From positions 1 to 24,767 of the IMG/VR virus record IMGVR_UViG_3300005837_000615: 24,767 nucleotides of DNA; one strand, written 5' to 3'. The stretch is from a virus (taxonomy: Duplodnaviria > Caudoviricetes). A program made the position numbers and the translations under genes. A model generated the notes under the pieces. It saw only the letters and a program-made list of their open reading frames with translations, made no database searches and had not been told where the DNA came from. Below are positions 24,195 to 24,767 of this stretch, piece after piece. Each line of letters starts with the position of its first letter. Positions within the stretch are counted from its first letter, which is position 1.

Positions 24195-24767
24195 TTGGTC
24201 TGGGGCTAAATACAGCTGAGGATACCTCGCACCCTACTTTGTTTGGTGGGCTACCTGCTGAGACACAGAACTATTCTGTGTATTTGGACGGGGCCAGTGA
24301 CCGTATACAAGGACCCAACTTGTCAACTACCTGGTTGCAGGTATGGGATGCCAATGCACAATTTAGCCTACACTTTTCCATAAAGCTAGATGCATTGAAC
24401 ATGACAATTAGCTTTAGTGGAACAACAAATGACTTTATCTGGTTTTCTGTAGACGCTTCTGGTGATCTGCAAGTATCAGGAGCTATAAGTGGTGCCTCAA
24501 CAGGATCGGAGAAATGGGATACAGGCTTTTCTACAGGCACTTGGTATGATGTAGTTATTACAGCTACTAATGACACAAACCGAGATCTAAAGTGCTATGT
24601 CAACAAAGTTGAACAAACTGCTAATGTCGTCATAAATTGGGAAGCGTCTCATGATATGGCTGCTATTTCAGGTAAGTTTACCATGGGTACATTTATGAAC
24701 ATACTAGACTACGACTTTAGGATAGACAGGCTTGCCTCTTGGAGCACCGTTCTTACCGCTGCTGAGA
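24191..24767 (+). CDS. LamG/concanavalin A-like lectin-domain protein, 3'-truncated (absent from the ORF track)
   Basis: Manual translation from ATG 24191 is open to the window end: MIGLGLNTAE...NYSVYLDGASDRI...FSLHFSIK...TGTWYDVVIT...KCYVN...FRIDRLASWSTVLTAAE. These are degenerate Laminin_G_3 hallmarks (SxxFDGxxD, WxHVxxT, YVNG, IDExxxWxxALxAxE). Confidence 0.8.
   Translation, partial: MIGLGLNTAEDTSHPTLFGGLPAETQNYSVYLDGASDRIQGPNLSTTWLQVWDANAQFSLHFSIKLDALNMTISFSGTTNDFIWFSVDASGDLQVSGAISGASTGSEKWDTGFSTGTWYDVVITATNDTNRDLKCYVNKVEQTANVVINWEASHDMAAISGKFTMGTFMNILDYDFRIDRLASWSTVLTAAE

Noticed and set aside
158-24576. Many short minus-strand and alternate-frame ORFs in the ORF track
   Set aside because: They lie within long + strand genes, have no recognisable motifs and look like antisense shadows of biased codon usage.
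1-24767. Stop-codon reassignment (TAG or TGA), known in some Crassvirales
   Set aside because: All genes are full length in the standard code, with no in-frame stops. None of the 18 complete genes ends in TAG, and TGA is used only at gene overlaps, but this is stop-codon preference and not evidence of recoding.
18851-24767. Diversity-generating retroelement target or invertible receptor-binding cassette
   Set aside because: No reverse transcriptase, recombinase, template/variable repeat pair or flanking inverted repeats are visible in this window.

Overview
The whole window is one co-directional (+ strand), tightly packed virion morphogenesis module of a crAss-like phage (order Crassvirales), most likely an environmental, probably aquatic or marine, lineage infecting Bacteroidota. 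Gene order: large terminase, portal, a 371-aa modular protein (DUF192-like plus DUF2272/CHAP-like domains separated by [YL]xxGG motifs), an acidic scaffold-like protein, major capsid protein (MCP), a conserved post-MCP protein, a ring protein, a putative auxiliary capsid protein, a Cys-rich tail-hub-like protein, a 2334-aa Cys/Asp-rich giant protein, a fibre protein, two small proteins, a holin-like protein, a calcineurin-like metallophosphoesterase, a UVR-like protein, a second ring protein, and a small beta-rich protein followed by a truncated LamG protein starting MIGLGL. The genetic code is standard, and no tRNA, CRISPR array, intron or intein is evident. The most unusual signals are: (1) a highly structured 137-nt spacer after MCP, with nested stems, tandem hairpin repeats covering the next start codon, and a perfect 13-nt complement to the start region of the phosphoesterase gene 13.7 kb away; (2) Bacteroidota -7 promoter motifs immediately before two start codons, suggesting leaderless mRNAs; (3) a swappable-looking hydrolase cassette between portal and scaffold; (4) a gene pair resembling the RcGTA head spike. 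All family assignments come from motif recognition and synteny by eye, not from database searches.
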